A stretch of DNA of 60,598 nucleotides, filler included, from Squatina squatina (taxonomy: Eukaryota): assembly GCA_031763465.1 (NCBI GenBank). It is 4 parts of 4 records of this genome, joined end to end, with 100 filler letters (N's around TTAATTAATTAA, not from the genome) between each part and the next. Parts side by side here need not be neighbours in the genome. Positions count along the whole stretch, not along the records: positions 47,176 to 60,598 come from JARFOE010855184.1; 3 more parts are not named here. One strand, 5' to 3'. The translations under genes were made by a program, and so were the position numbers. This document shows, piece by piece, positions 59,480 to 60,598 of the stretch (the stretch's first letter is position 1; each line of letters begins with the position of its first letter). The notes below the pieces were generated by a model, which did no database searches, was not told the DNA's origin, and was given only the letters and a program-made list of their open reading frames with translations.

Positions 59480-60090
59480 CTCCGCATTCATGCAGCCCCA
59501 GCCCATTTAATCACATGGGTTTAAAGATCTATTTTGTCCAACTTTTCAATCACCCTCCGAAAGTCCATTTATACAAAACCAACCAAAATACCCTCATCAG
59601 TTTTTCCATGTCTTCATCAAAGTACTCAATCAAGTTAGTCAAACACGATTTGCTTTTAACAAATCTGTGCAAGCTAACATTTATCAACCCTTATTTCTCC
59701 GAGGACCAATTCAATTTGTCCTCAATTAAATGATCTCAAACTTTCCACAGGGCTAATGTTAGGCTGTCTGACCTGTAACTGCCGCGTTTTTCATTTCCCA
59801 GTTTTTGTCAGCATGTATTTAACAATTTCAATTCTTCATGCACCTGACACCACTCACATATCCAAGGTGGATTGGATGTTTGCTGCCAGATTCTCAACAA
59901 CTTCCACCTTCACTTCACTCTGCAGCCTGGACTCCATCCTCTCCGGGTGACATCAGTTTGCGTGCTGTCAAGCTTGTAATACGTCCTCTTTATCGATTTT
60001 ATCCGATCCAAATTCCGAGCTACCTGCACCTGAATATGAAATTGGCAACGTCCTCTTCTTCAGTGAAATCCGATGCAAATCCAGCTTTCA
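59480..60090 (-). mobile_element. CR1-type LINE RT fragment, heavily decayed
   Basis: Antisense CAATCAAGTTAGTCAAACACGATTTGCTTTTAACAAATC (GFVKSKSCLTNLIEYFDE); homologous to 27160-27215. Confidence 0.7.
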
Positions 60091-60369
60091 GGTCCCTAAT
60101 ACACACACACACTGGCTTTCACTACACTTTTACTATTTATTTGTTCATAAAAAAATTATGTACCATCTAATCTATTCCCATACGTGCTGTATGGCCCTCT
60201 TATTCCCTTTTTCGGTTCGGTTCTGCTACCTCTTCTATTCAGCTTGGTCCTGGACTGAATTTTGAACCGGATATTTATCAAATGCTGACTTGTGTTTCAC
60301 ATTTTAATTTTATATCCAGTGAGCTCCAGACTTTCAGGACGTTTTTGGATACATTGTATTCGTGGATCA

Positions 60370-60490
60370 TGGGATCAGATATAAATTGGAGATGATGTTG
60401 AAGATCGGCCCTGATCTTATTGAGTGACGGAGCAGGTTCGAAGGGTCATATGGCCTACTCCTACTCCTCATTTTATTACTTTTGTTCTCA
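60370..60490 (+). mobile_element. CR1-type LINE 3' tail
   Basis: GATCTTATTGAGTGACGGAGCAGGTTCGAAGGG..ATATGGCCTACTCCT. Confidence 0.7.
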
Positions 60491-60598
60491 TGGTCTTTGG
60501 ATGCCATTTTGTAAATATTGATAAGTATGCAGTCATTGACTGAAATAACCTGTGACAATCTCTACTCGTGATTCCTGCCTGGGTTTGCAATTTTAAAA

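Overview
This window is eukaryotic vertebrate DNA, almost certainly from a cartilaginous fish (shark/ray). That is inferred from Deu-domain SINEs, CR1/HER1-type LINE tails, GPR139-like receptor sequence and Myb+HARBI1 Harbinger elements. It consists of four unrelated scaffolds joined by artificial N44-TTAATTAATTAA-N44 linkers (15207-15306, 32273-32372, 47076-47175), and the first three are chains of short contigs separated mostly by 100-N gaps. Scaffold A holds four CPS1/CPS III exons (-), the last two exons of a cyclin A1 (-), two MYL1 exons (+) and two KANSL1L exons (+). Scaffold B holds an orphan sarcomeric myosin heavy-chain fragment, the AGPAT2 last exon (-), a DIPK1B exon (+) and the MRPS2 last exon (-). 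Scaffold C holds the SLC6A11 last exon and PIF/Harbinger ends. Scaffold D has no gaps and holds a GPR139-like pseudogene, a ~1.6 kb inverted duplication and an internally deleted Harbinger element. I found no convincing new biological system. The best leads are a dense liver-factor motif cluster upstream of CPS III, the orphan intron-containing myosin fragment, cyclin A1 inside the CPS1-MYL1 block, a Harbinger Myb/SANT copy with an intact spliced ORF, and a Penelope-type minimal hammerhead ribozyme. Gene identities come from recalled protein similarity, not database searches.
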